Assembly: GCA_963834915.1 (NCBI GenBank)
Contig: CAWIDI010000003.1
Location: 359,759 to 423,758, forward strand
DNA length: 64,000 nt
Reading direction: 5' to 3'
DNA from: an uncultured Chloroflexia bacterium
GTDB lineage: Bacteria > Chloroflexota > Limnocylindria > Limnocylindrales > CSP1-4
Positions 56,337 to 64,000 of this stretch are shown piece by piece; position 1 is the first letter of the stretch, and every line of letters begins with the position of its first letter. The notes under the pieces were generated by a model. The model worked only from the letters and a program-made list of their open reading frames with translations. It made no database searches and had not been told where the DNA came from. The position numbers and the translations under genes were made by a program.

Positions 56337-58022
56337 CTACCTCCGCGGGGTCGCGCTGGGACTGGCGGTGGCCGACCGGCTCGGCTCGGTCCGCGATATC
56401 GTGAAGTGGCGCTCGTCGCGGCGGCGGAGCTCGGATCCGGCCTTCCAGATCGCGTATTCAAGGGAGTCAGCCAGGGCGGCCGCCGACGCCGCGATGATAT
56501 TGGTGTCGCTGCCCATCGTGGACCAGGTCCGGGCGCCGTCCGCCGAGTCGATGATGACCCGGGTCCGCGCCGCCGTCGCCGCCCCGCCGTCGAGGATGCG
56601 TACCTTGTAGTCGACGAGGTGGATCTCGTCGATCCCGGGATAGAAGGCGCTGAGCGCCTTGCGCAGCGCCGCATCGAGGGCGTTGACCGGCCCATTGCCG
56701 TCCGCGGCCGTGTGCAGGACCTCGCCGTCGACCTCGACCTTGACCGTCGCCTCGGCGAGCATCTCGCGCCCGTCGCGCTGCTCGACGAGGCACGTGTAGT
56801 CGACGATGCGGAACGGCGCCTGGTAGTCGCGGCCGTGGCGGCGGATCAGCAGCTCGAAGGACGCCTCGGCACCCTCGAACGCGAGCCCCTCGGACTCGAG
56901 CTGCTTGATGAGCACCGACAGCTCGCGCGGGTCGACGACCCCCTCGAGCTCGTGGCCGAGCTGCTGGGCGCGGATCGAGGTGTTCGCCCGGCCGCCCAGC
57001 TCGGAGACGACGAGGCGGCCGGCGTTGCCGACCATCGTCGGGTCCACGTGCTGGTAGCTCCGCTCCACCTTCGCCACCGCCGCGCCATGGACGCCGCCCT
57101 TGTGCGCGAACGCCGACCGGCCGACGTATGGCTGGTAGTCCGACGGGTTGATGTTGGCGATCTCGGCGATCGAGCGGGACAGCTCCGTCAGGCCGGAGAG
57201 GTCGCCGCCCGCCGGCACCAGCGCGTGCGGGGTCTTGAGCGCGAGGTTCGCGAGGATGCTGACCATGTTCGCGTTGCCGCAGCGCTCCCCGTAACCGTTG
57301 ATCGTCGCCTGGACGTGGCGGACCCCGGCCGCGACGGCCGCCATCGAGTTCGCGACCGCGAGCTCGGCGTCGTTGTGCGTGTGGATCCCCCAGGTCACCG
57401 CCGGGGCATCCGGGTCGCCGTCGAGCGTGTCGCGGACGTCGCTGACGATGCGGACCAGCTCGTCGGTCAGCGTGCCGCCGTTGGTGTCGCACAGCACGAG
57501 CGTCCGAGAGCCGGCCTGGCGGGCGGCGCGCAGCGTGGACAGCGCGTAGTCCCGGTCGTCCTTGTAGCCGTCGAAGAAGTGCTCGGCGTCGTAGACCGCC
57601 TCGCGGCCGTAGCCGGCGACGAAGCCGATCGAATCGGCGATCATGTCGAGGTTCTCGGCCGGGCTGGCGCCCAGCACCTCGACGACGTGGAGCAGCCAGC
57701 TCTTGCCGAAGATCGTCACGACCGGGGTCTCGGCGGCGACGAGCTCGCGTAGGTTCGGGTCGTCGGCGGGCTTGTTCGCGCGATGGCGGGTCGAGCCGAA
57801 CGCCGCCAGCCTCGCCCGCTCCCAGCGCATCGTGCGGGCCGCCGCGAAGAACTCGATGTCCTTGGGGTTCGACCCCGGCCAGCCGCCCTCGATGAACGGC
57901 ATCCCGAACTCGTCGAGCATCCGCGCGACGCGCAGCTTGTCGGCCAGCGACAGCGTGATGTTCTCGCCCTGCGTCCCGTCGCGCAGGGTCGTGTCGTAGA
58001 GGATGACCGGGGCGTCGCTCAT
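56337..58022 (-). CDS. cimA: (R)-citramalate synthase (LeuA-family, CimA type)
   Basis: 561 aa. Motifs are ILYDTTLRDGTQGENITLSLADKLRVARMLDEFGMPFIEGGWPGSNPKDIEFF, HTHNDAELAVANS and a C-terminal regulatory domain. ATG 58022 overlaps the leuB stop (ATGA). Confidence 0.75.
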   Translation of the reverse strand: MSDAPVILYDTTLRDGTQGENITLSLADKLRVARMLDEFGMPFIEGGWPGSNPKDIEFFAAARTMRWERARLAAFGSTRHRANKPADDPNLRELVAAETPVVTIFGKSWLLHVVEVLGASPAENLDMIADSIGFVAGYGREAVYDAEHFFDGYKDDRDYALSTLRAARQAGSRTLVLCDTNGGTLTDELVRIVSDVRDTLDGDPDAPAVTWGIHTHNDAELAVANSMAAVAAGVRHVQATINGYGERCGNANMVSILANLALKTPHALVPAGGDLSGLTELSRSIAEIANINPSDYQPYVGRSAFAHKGGVHGAAVAKVERSYQHVDPTMVGNAGRLVVSELGGRANTSIRAQQLGHELEGVVDPRELSVLIKQLESEGLAFEGAEASFELLIRRHGRDYQAPFRIVDYTCLVEQRDGREMLAEATVKVEVDGEVLHTAADGNGPVNALDAALRKALSAFYPGIDEIHLVDYKVRILDGGAATAARTRVIIDSADGARTWSTMGSDTNIIAASAAALADSLEYAIWKAGSELRRRDERHFTISRTEPSRSATASPSATPRR

Positions 58023-59146
58023 GACGCGACCGCCGCGGCCGCGCCGAGGCGCTCGATGACGGCCGTCGCGAAGGCGGTCGTGCCGACGACCACCAGGCCG
58101 TCACGCTCGTCGGCCGGGTCCGCGAGGTCGCCGGTCCGCCAGCCGTCGTCGAGCGCGGCGGAGACGGCGGCCTCGACCGCCGCGGCCGCGGCCTCCTGCC
58201 CGAGCGAGATCCGGAGCAGCATCGCGGCGGAGAGGATCGTGCCGATCGGGTTGGCGATGTCGCGGCCGGCGATGTCCGGCGCGGATCCGTGGATCGGCTC
58301 ATAGAGCCCGAAGGTGCCGTGGGCCGTCCTGCGCTCCCCGAGCGACGCGGAGGGCAGCATGCCGAGGCTCCCGGCCAGCACCGCCGCCTCGTCCGACAGG
58401 ATGTCGCCGAAGAGGTTCTCGGTGACGATGACGTCGAAGTCGGCCGGGCGGCGGACCAGGAGCATCGCGCACGAGTCCACGAGCTGATGGGCGAGCGTAA
58501 CATCCGGGTGCTCCGCCCCGATCGAGGCCGCGATGGTCCGCCACAGGCGCGAGGTCGCCAGCACGTTGGCCTTGTCGACGGAGGTGACGTGGCGGCGGCG
58601 GGTCCCGGCCAGCTCGAAGGCGAGCCGGACGATCCGATCGATCTCGACCTCGCTGTAGGGCAGCGTGTCGAGCGCGGAGCGCTCCCCGGCCGGGCCGCTC
58701 GCCTCGGTCCGGTCACCGAAGTAGATCCCGCCCGTGAGCTCGCGGACGATCAGCAGGTCGACCCCGGCCAGCAGCTCCGGGCGCAGCGGCGAGGAGGCCA
58801 CGAGCGCCGGATGGACCGTGACCGGCCGGAGGTTCGCGTACAGGCCCAGCTGGCCGCGGAGGGCGAACAGCGCCTGCTCGGGTCGGACCGGTGCCTTCGG
58901 GTCGGACCACTTCGGGCCGCCGACCGCGCCCAGCAGGATCGCGTCGGCCTCGCCGCAGGCGGTCACGTCCTCGGGGCGGATCGCCACGCCGTGGGTGTCG
59001 ATCGCCGCCCCGCCGACGAGGTACTGCGGCCACTCGACGTGGAACCCGAACGCCGCCCCCGCGGCATCGACGACGCGCCGCGCGGCATCGACGACCTCGG
59101 GCCCGACCCCGTCACCCGGGATGACCGCGACGCGATACGTGCTCAA
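58019..59146 (-). CDS. leuB: 3-isopropylmalate dehydrogenase
   Basis: This is the last 375 aa of the 949-aa track ORF. The TTG start at 59146 (GAGGAAGG upstream) overlaps the leuA stop (TTGA). Motifs are RVAVIPGDGVGPEV, NLRP, VRELTGGIYFG and NLFGDILSDEAA. Confidence 0.85.
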   Translation of the reverse strand: MSTYRVAVIPGDGVGPEVVDAARRVVDAAGAAFGFHVEWPQYLVGGAAIDTHGVAIRPEDVTACGEADAILLGAVGGPKWSDPKAPVRPEQALFALRGQLGLYANLRPVTVHPALVASSPLRPELLAGVDLLIVRELTGGIYFGDRTEASGPAGERSALDTLPYSEVEIDRIVRLAFELAGTRRRHVTSVDKANVLATSRLWRTIAASIGAEHPDVTLAHQLVDSCAMLLVRRPADFDVIVTENLFGDILSDEAAVLAGSLGMLPSASLGERRTAHGTFGLYEPIHGSAPDIAGRDIANPIGTILSAAMLLRISLGQEAAAAAVEAAVSAALDDGWRTGDLADPADERDGLVVVGTTAFATAVIERLGAAAAVAS

Positions 59147-60786
59147 GGCAGGCCTTCCTCGGAACGCGGGGCGACGAACGCCACCGCGACCCCGTTGATC
59201 TCGGCACCGTGCAGCCGGTTCACGGCGGCCAGGTAGGCGTCGAGTGACGCCTCGATGATGTTGGTGGATAACCCGTGGCCGGAGACCACGAGCGCGCCCG
59301 GTCCCTCGTCGGACGACCGGCGGCAGCGCACGAGGACCTGGCCCTGCGCGTCCTCGCCGGCGGAAACGGCCTTGATCTCGTACTCGGCGAGCGTGGGATG
59401 CCAGCCGAGGAGCGGCTGGAGCGCCTGGTCGACCGCGGCGAAGAGTGCGTTGACCGGGCCGTTCCCCGTCGTCTCGGCACTCCGTTCCTCGCCGCCGATG
59501 GTCAGCGTCACCGTGCCGGTGGCATTGCCGCCATGTGACGAGGTCACGCTCCAGCCGACGAGCGCGACGCTGGCCGGCACTTCGGTGGCCCGCTGCTCCA
59601 TGAGCGCCAGCAGGTCCGCATCGGTGACCTCCTTCTTGGCATCGGCGAGCGCGACCGCCTGCCGGTAGACCTCGTCGAGCGCCTCGCCCTCGACTTCGTG
59701 GCCGAGCTGCTTGAGCTTGCCCTGGAGGCCGCGCCGCCCCGACAGCTTCCCGATGGTGAGCTGGCTGCCGGAGAGCCCGACCGACTGCGGGGTCATGATC
59801 TCGTAGGTCAGGGGGTTCTTGATGATGCCGTCCTGGTGGATCCCCGACTCGTGGGCGAACGCGTTGCCGCCGACGACGGCCTTGTTCGGCTGGATCGCGA
59901 ACCCGGTGAGATAGCTGACCAGCCGGCTGGCGGCCGTGATCTGCTCGGTGGCGACGCCGCTGACGAGCTCCGGGAACTGCGTGGGGCGCGTCCGGAGCGC
60001 CATCACGACCTCCTCGAGCGAGGCGTTCCCGGCTCGCTCGCCCAGGCCGTTGATCGTGACCTCGACCTGGCGGGCGCCGGCCTGGACCGCCGCGAGCGTG
60101 TTGGCCGTGGCGAGGCCCAGGTCGTTGTGGCAGTGGACGCTGACGGTCGCCTGGTCGCCGACGAGGTCCACGACCTTGCCGACCAGCACGCCGAACTCGG
60201 CGGGGATCGCATAGCCGACGGTGTCGGGGATGTTCACGGTCGAGGCGCCAGCTTCCACGACCGCTTCGTAGACCTGGAGCAGGTAGTCGAGGTCGGTGCG
60301 CGAGGCGTCCTCGGCGCTGAACTCGATCTCCGCGTCGCGTCCGAGCTGCTCGCGCCCGTGGCGGACCCAGCGGACGGCCTCGGCGAGGGCCGTCTCGCGG
60401 TCGATGCGCAGCTTGTGCTTGAGGTGGATATCGCTCGTGGCGATGAAGACATGGAGGTGCGGCCGCTCGGCGACCTTGATGGCCTCGATCGCCCGCTGCG
60501 GATCGCCGTCCTTGCAGCGCGCGAGTGCCGCGACCGCGATGCCGCCGCGGGTCTCCTGGGCGATCCGCCGGACCGCCTCGAAGTCGCCAGGCGAGGCGGC
60601 CGGGAAGCCGGCCTCGATGACATCGACCTTGAGCCGGGCGAGCTGCCGCGCGACCTCGAGCTTCTCGGCCGCGGTCAGGCCGGCGCCGGGCGCCTGCTCG
60701 CCGTCGCGCAGGGTCGTGTCGAAGATGCGGACGCTCCCCGCTGGTACGAACGGGCCCGCAGGACGGGGTACCCGGGCGGCGCTCAT
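59143..60786 (-). CDS. leuA: 2-isopropylmalate synthase
   Basis: 547 aa. Motifs are [48 protein letters not shown] and a C-terminal LeuA_dimer domain. Confidence 0.9.
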   Translation of the reverse strand: MSAARVPRPAGPFVPAGSVRIFDTTLRDGEQAPGAGLTAAEKLEVARQLARLKVDVIEAGFPAASPGDFEAVRRIAQETRGGIAVAALARCKDGDPQRAIEAIKVAERPHLHVFIATSDIHLKHKLRIDRETALAEAVRWVRHGREQLGRDAEIEFSAEDASRTDLDYLLQVYEAVVEAGASTVNIPDTVGYAIPAEFGVLVGKVVDLVGDQATVSVHCHNDLGLATANTLAAVQAGARQVEVTINGLGERAGNASLEEVVMALRTRPTQFPELVSGVATEQITAASRLVSYLTGFAIQPNKAVVGGNAFAHESGIHQDGIIKNPLTYEIMTPQSVGLSGSQLTIGKLSGRRGLQGKLKQLGHEVEGEALDEVYRQAVALADAKKEVTDADLLALMEQRATEVPASVALVGWSVTSSHGGNATGTVTLTIGGEERSAETTGNGPVNALFAAVDQALQPLLGWHPTLAEYEIKAVSAGEDAQGQVLVRCRRSSDEGPGALVVSGHGLSTNIIEASLDAYLAAVNRLHGAEINGVAVAFVAPRSEEGLP

Positions 60787-61835
60787 CGCGAGGCTCCCGG
60801 CGTGGTGGCCGCGGCCTGCGCCTGGCCGGCCTCGACCTCGACGGGATCAAGGAACGGCATCTGGGCACGGAGGCGCCCGCCGACCCGCTCGATGAGGTGC
60901 GCGCGGTCCGCGGCGCGCAGCCGCTCGAACTCGTGTCGGCCCGACTCGTTCTCGGCGATCCAGCGGTTCGCGAAGGTCCCGTCCTGGATCTCCTTGAGCA
61001 CCGCCTGCATCGTCTCGCGGACGTGGCCGTCGATGATCCGCGGCCCCGAGACGTAGTCGCCGTACTCCGCGGTGTCGCTGACGCTGAAGCGCATGAAGTT
61101 CAGGCCGCCGCGGTACATGAGGTCGACGATGAGCTTGAGCTCGTGCATGGTCTCGAAGTAGGCGAGCTCCGGCTGGTAGCCGGCCTCGACCAGCGTCTCG
61201 AACGCCATCTTCACGAGCGCCGCGGTCCCGCCGCAGAGCACGGACTGCTCCCCGAAGAGGTCGGTCTCGGTCTCCTCGGCGAAGGTCGTCTCCAGCACGC
61301 CGGCACGGGTCGAGCCGATCGCCCGGGCGTAGGCCAGGGTCCGGTCGCGCGCGGTCCCGGACTGGTCGCGATGGACCGCGAACAGCGCCGGTACGCCGCC
61401 GCCCGCCTGGTAGACGGAGCGGAGGAGGTGGCCGGGGCCCTTCGGCGCGACCATCGAGACGTCGACGATTCCCGGCGGATCGATGCGCCCGAAGTGGATG
61501 TTGAACCCGTGGGCGAACATCAACAGGTGCCCGGCCCGCAGGTTCGGGCCGATCTCCTGGTCGTAGACGTCCTTCTGGGCCGTATCCGGCACCAGGATCA
61601 TGATCACGTCGGCGGCCTTCACCGCGTCGGCGACGTCCATGACCGTGAGCCCGGCGTCGGCCGCGATCGCGCGACTCTTCGAACCCGCCGCCAGCCCCAC
61701 GACCACATCCACCCCGCTCTCGTGGAGGTTGAGGGCGTGGGCGTGGCCCTGGCTGCCGTAGCCGATGATCGCGACCGTCTGGCCCTCCAGGGCCTTCAAG
61801 TCCGCATCGTTGTCGTAGTACATCCTCGCGGTCAC
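60783..61835 (-). CDS. ilvC: Ketol-acid reductoisomerase
   Basis: 350 aa. Motifs are [26 protein letters not shown] and [11 protein letters not shown]. Its stop overlaps the leuA start (ATGA). Confidence 0.9.
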   Translation of the reverse strand: MTARMYYDNDADLKALEGQTVAIIGYGSQGHAHALNLHESGVDVVVGLAAGSKSRAIAADAGLTVMDVADAVKAADVIMILVPDTAQKDVYDQEIGPNLRAGHLLMFAHGFNIHFGRIDPPGIVDVSMVAPKGPGHLLRSVYQAGGGVPALFAVHRDQSGTARDRTLAYARAIGSTRAGVLETTFAEETETDLFGEQSVLCGGTAALVKMAFETLVEAGYQPELAYFETMHELKLIVDLMYRGGLNFMRFSVSDTAEYGDYVSGPRIIDGHVRETMQAVLKEIQDGTFANRWIAENESGRHEFERLRAADRAHLIERVGGRLRAQMPFLDPVEVEAGQAQAAATTPGASR

Positions 61836-61932
61836 TGGCTCTCTCCCATGGAAATGCCACCCTCGACAGTGATCTGGTACCCGCGCTCCGAGGTCCGAGG
61901 CGGAGCCCCTCCGACGCCATCGGCCCGAGGAT

Positions 61933-62553
61933 TCATCGTTTGATCGCCTCCTCGATCGAGGTGGTACCCCGAGCCATCACGACGGCGCCGGTGCGGACCA
62001 TCTCCTTGATGCCGTAATTGCGGACGAGTGCCACGAACGCGTCGATCTCCCCCTCGGTGCCGGTCACCTCGACCACCAGCGAGCCGTCGGCGAGGTCGAC
62101 GACGCGACCTCGGGACAGCTCGACGAAGCGGAGGATCTCGGCCCGGTTCGACTCGGTCGCGCGGATCTTGACCAGTGCCAGCTCATGCTCGACCGTCGGC
62201 TCCGAGGTGACGTCCTGGACCTTGAGCACGTCGATGAGCCGGTAGAGCTGCTTGGCGGCCTGCTCGACGGCGACATCGTCGCCGTGCAGCGTGATGGTCA
62301 TCCGGCTGACGTCCTCGCGATCGGTGTGGCTGACCGCGAGCGAATCGATGTTGAAGCTCCGCGCCCGCATCAGGCTCGCGACGCGGTTCAGGACCCCGGG
62401 CTTGTCGAGCACGATGGCGATGAGGACGTGGCGCCGATGCTCCCCGCCTCCCGGCAGGGCGCGGGCGGGCGGCGCCGCATGGGCGGGTCCGCCGACGCCC
62501 TTCGACGCGAGGCCGTTGGTGCTCGGCTCGACGGGCAGCTCCTCCTCGCTCAC
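61933..62553 (-). CDS. ilvN: Acetolactate synthase small (regulatory) subunit
   Basis: This is the last 206 aa of the 540-aa track ORF. GTG 62553 overlaps the ilvB stop (GTGA). The ACT domain reads [33 protein letters not shown], and the C-terminal part reads ELALVKI...[15 protein letters not shown]. Confidence 0.85.
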   Translation of the reverse strand: MSEEELPVEPSTNGLASKGVGGPAHAAPPARALPGGGEHRRHVLIAIVLDKPGVLNRVASLMRARSFNIDSLAVSHTDREDVSRMTITLHGDDVAVEQAAKQLYRLIDVLKVQDVTSEPTVEHELALVKIRATESNRAEILRFVELSRGRVVDLADGSLVVEVTGTEGEIDAFVALVRNYGIKEMVRTGAVVMARGTTSIEEAIKR

Positions 62554-64000
62554 TCGTCCGGCCCGCCCCACTTCTCGATCAGGTCGGACAGGCCCTTGCC
62601 GGCCGGCATCATCGGGAAGATGTTCTGCTCCTCGGCGATCTCGAACCAGATGAGCGCCGGGCCGTCGACCGCCTGGGCGTCCCGGATCGCGGTGTCGACC
62701 TCGTCCGGGGTCCGGGCGCGGAACGCCGGGATCCCGTAGGCGTCGGCCAGCTTGGCGAAATCGGGCCCGGGCAGGCTCGAGGAGTGGTAGTTGCCAGCGT
62801 AGATGATCTCCTGCCACTGCCGGATCATCCCGAGCTTCTTGTTGTCGAGCAGCGCGATCTTGACCGGGATGTGGTCCGCAACCAGCGTCATCAGCTCCTG
62901 CGAGGTCATCTGGAACCCGCCGTCGCCGGTGATCGCCCAGGTCTCGCGGTCGGGCCGGCCGAGGGCGGCGCCCATCGCGGCCGGGACGCTGAAGCCCATC
63001 GTCCCGAGCCCGCCGGAGCTGACGTGGCTGTTCGGCTGGCGGAAGCCCGTGTAACGGGCCAGCCACATCTGGTTCTGCCCGACGTCCGCGACATAGGTCG
63101 CCGCGTGGTCCGACAGCTCGCCGATGCGCTCGACCACGTAGTCCGCGGACAGCAGGCCGTCGCGCCACGCGCCCGAGCCGTGCCACGACGACGCGACCGA
63201 GTCGGTCTTCCACTCGGCCAGCTGGTCGTGATAGGCCTTGCGGGTCGCCGGCTCGACCGGGTCGACCAGCCGGATCAGACCGGCCAACACGCGCTTCGCG
63301 TCGCCGACGATCGGGACCTCGACGGCCACGTTCTTGCCGATCTCGGCGGGGTCGATGTCGGCGTGGATGATCCGCGCGTACGGGGCGTAGGTCCGGACGT
63401 TGCCGGTCACCCGGTCGTCGAAGCGCATGCCGATGGCGATGAGCAGGTCGGCCGACTGGATCGCCCGGTTGACGTGCTTCCAGCCGTGCATCCCCATGTA
63501 GCCGTAGGCGAGCGGGTGGGTCTCGTCGATCGCCCCGATGCCGAGGAGCGTCCACGCCACCGGGATCTGGGTCTTCTCGGCGAAGGCGAGGAGCTCGTCC
63601 CAGGCCTCGGCGTGGAGGACGCCGTGGCCCGCGAGGATGACCGGGCGCTCGGCTCGGGCGATCTCCGCGGCGGCCAGCTTCAGCTGCCTCGGATGGCCGT
63701 CCATGTTGGGGCGGAAGCCCGGCAGCCCGGCGACGACCTCGTCCTCGGTCGGGTGCTCCGCGCGGGTCTCCTGCTGGAGGGCGTCCTTGGTGATGTCGAC
63801 GTGGACCGGGCCGGGACGGCCGCTCCGCGCGATATGGAACGCCTCGGCGATGACCCGGGGCAGGTCGTCGGCGTCGCGGACCAGGTAGTTGTGCTTGGTC
63901 ATCGGCAACGTGATGCCGTTGATGTCGATCTCCTGGAAGGCGTCCTTGCCGATCAGCGCCGCGGGGACGTTGCCGGTGATCGCGACCATCGGGATGGAAT
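62550..64000 (-). CDS. ilvB: Acetolactate synthase large subunit, partial (5' end beyond right edge)
   Basis: The reading frame is open to the window edge. Motifs include ITGNVPAALIGKDAFQE, GGLGTMGFSVPAAMGA and the ThDP motif GDGGFQMTSQEL...NN. Confidence 0.9.
   Translation of the reverse strand, partial: SIPMVAITGNVPAALIGKDAFQEIDINGITLPMTKHNYLVRDADDLPRVIAEAFHIARSGRPGPVHVDITKDALQQETRAEHPTEDEVVAGLPGFRPNMDGHPRQLKLAAAEIARAERPVILAGHGVLHAEAWDELLAFAEKTQIPVAWTLLGIGAIDETHPLAYGYMGMHGWKHVNRAIQSADLLIAIGMRFDDRVTGNVRTYAPYARIIHADIDPAEIGKNVAVEVPIVGDAKRVLAGLIRLVDPVEPATRKAYHDQLAEWKTDSVASSWHGSGAWRDGLLSADYVVERIGELSDHAATYVADVGQNQMWLARYTGFRQPNSHVSSGGLGTMGFSVPAAMGAALGRPDRETWAITGDGGFQMTSQELMTLVADHIPVKIALLDNKKLGMIRQWQEIIYAGNYHSSSLPGPDFAKLADAYGIPAFRARTPDEVDTAIRDAQAVDGPALIWFEIAEEQNIFPMMPAGKGLSDLIEKWGGPDE

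Overview
Very GC-rich chromosomal segment. Gene content, frequent GTG/TTG starts and 4-nt start/stop overlaps fit a high-GC Actinomycetota- or Chloroflexota-like organism, but I could not test taxonomy. I support 54 protein-coding genes, 5 of them disrupted by frameshifts and 2 cut by the window edges. I recognised no rRNA, tRNA, CRISPR array, transposase or integrase. Order of modules: (1) 0-9.9 kb: SDR epimerase, frameshifted AMP-forming acyl-CoA synthetase, phosphoribosyltransferase, a BNR-repeat protein paired with a MoaD/ThiS-like GG protein, PucR regulator, and an AraC-HTH / UvrA-paralogue / VOC trio. (2) 9.9-16 kb, minus-strand operon: membrane protein, O-methyltransferase, MoaD-MoaE fusion, DppA D-aminopeptidase, DmpA/BapA-family aminopeptidase, KamD-like aminomutase subunit. 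The four middle genes carry 14 frameshifts while both flanking genes are intact. (3) 16.8-44.8 kb: a large two-part glycan (Wzx/Wzy-type) locus. It has GT2/GT4 transferases, two paralogous beta-helix proteins, an alpha/alpha-toroid protein, NodB-like and PIG-L deacetylases, two formyltransferase-fold proteins, a PglC-like phosphoglycosyltransferase, a PglF/CapD-like dehydratase, a DegT aminotransferase and Wzz. A CopB-type His-rich P-type ATPase and a membrane-anchored methyltransferase split the locus at 26.9-30.2 kb. (4) 44.9-50.8 kb: ALDH / acyl-CoA dehydrogenase / ADP-forming acyl-CoA synthetase / crotonase operon. (5) 50.8-55.7 kb: DUF1003, PPK2, HerA-like DUF853 ATPase, DUF4332, MscL with a zinc ribbon, PheA. 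(6) 55.7-64 kb: ilvB-ilvN-ilvC-leuA-leuB-cimA operon ending in a stand-alone LeuA-regulatory-domain protein. Main things to re-examine: the 18 frameshifts concentrated in three places (15 behave as single-base insertions, and two pairs compensate locally); the unusual aminomutase/aminopeptidase/MoaDE operon; the glycan locus with Asn-less formyltransferase-like enzymes and a beta-helix/toroid module; and a 378-nt lower-GC structured leader inside the locus. Many long ORFs in the supplied track are Arg/Pro/Gly-rich antisense or out-of-frame shadows and were not called. All homology statements come from motif recognition by eye, not from searches.
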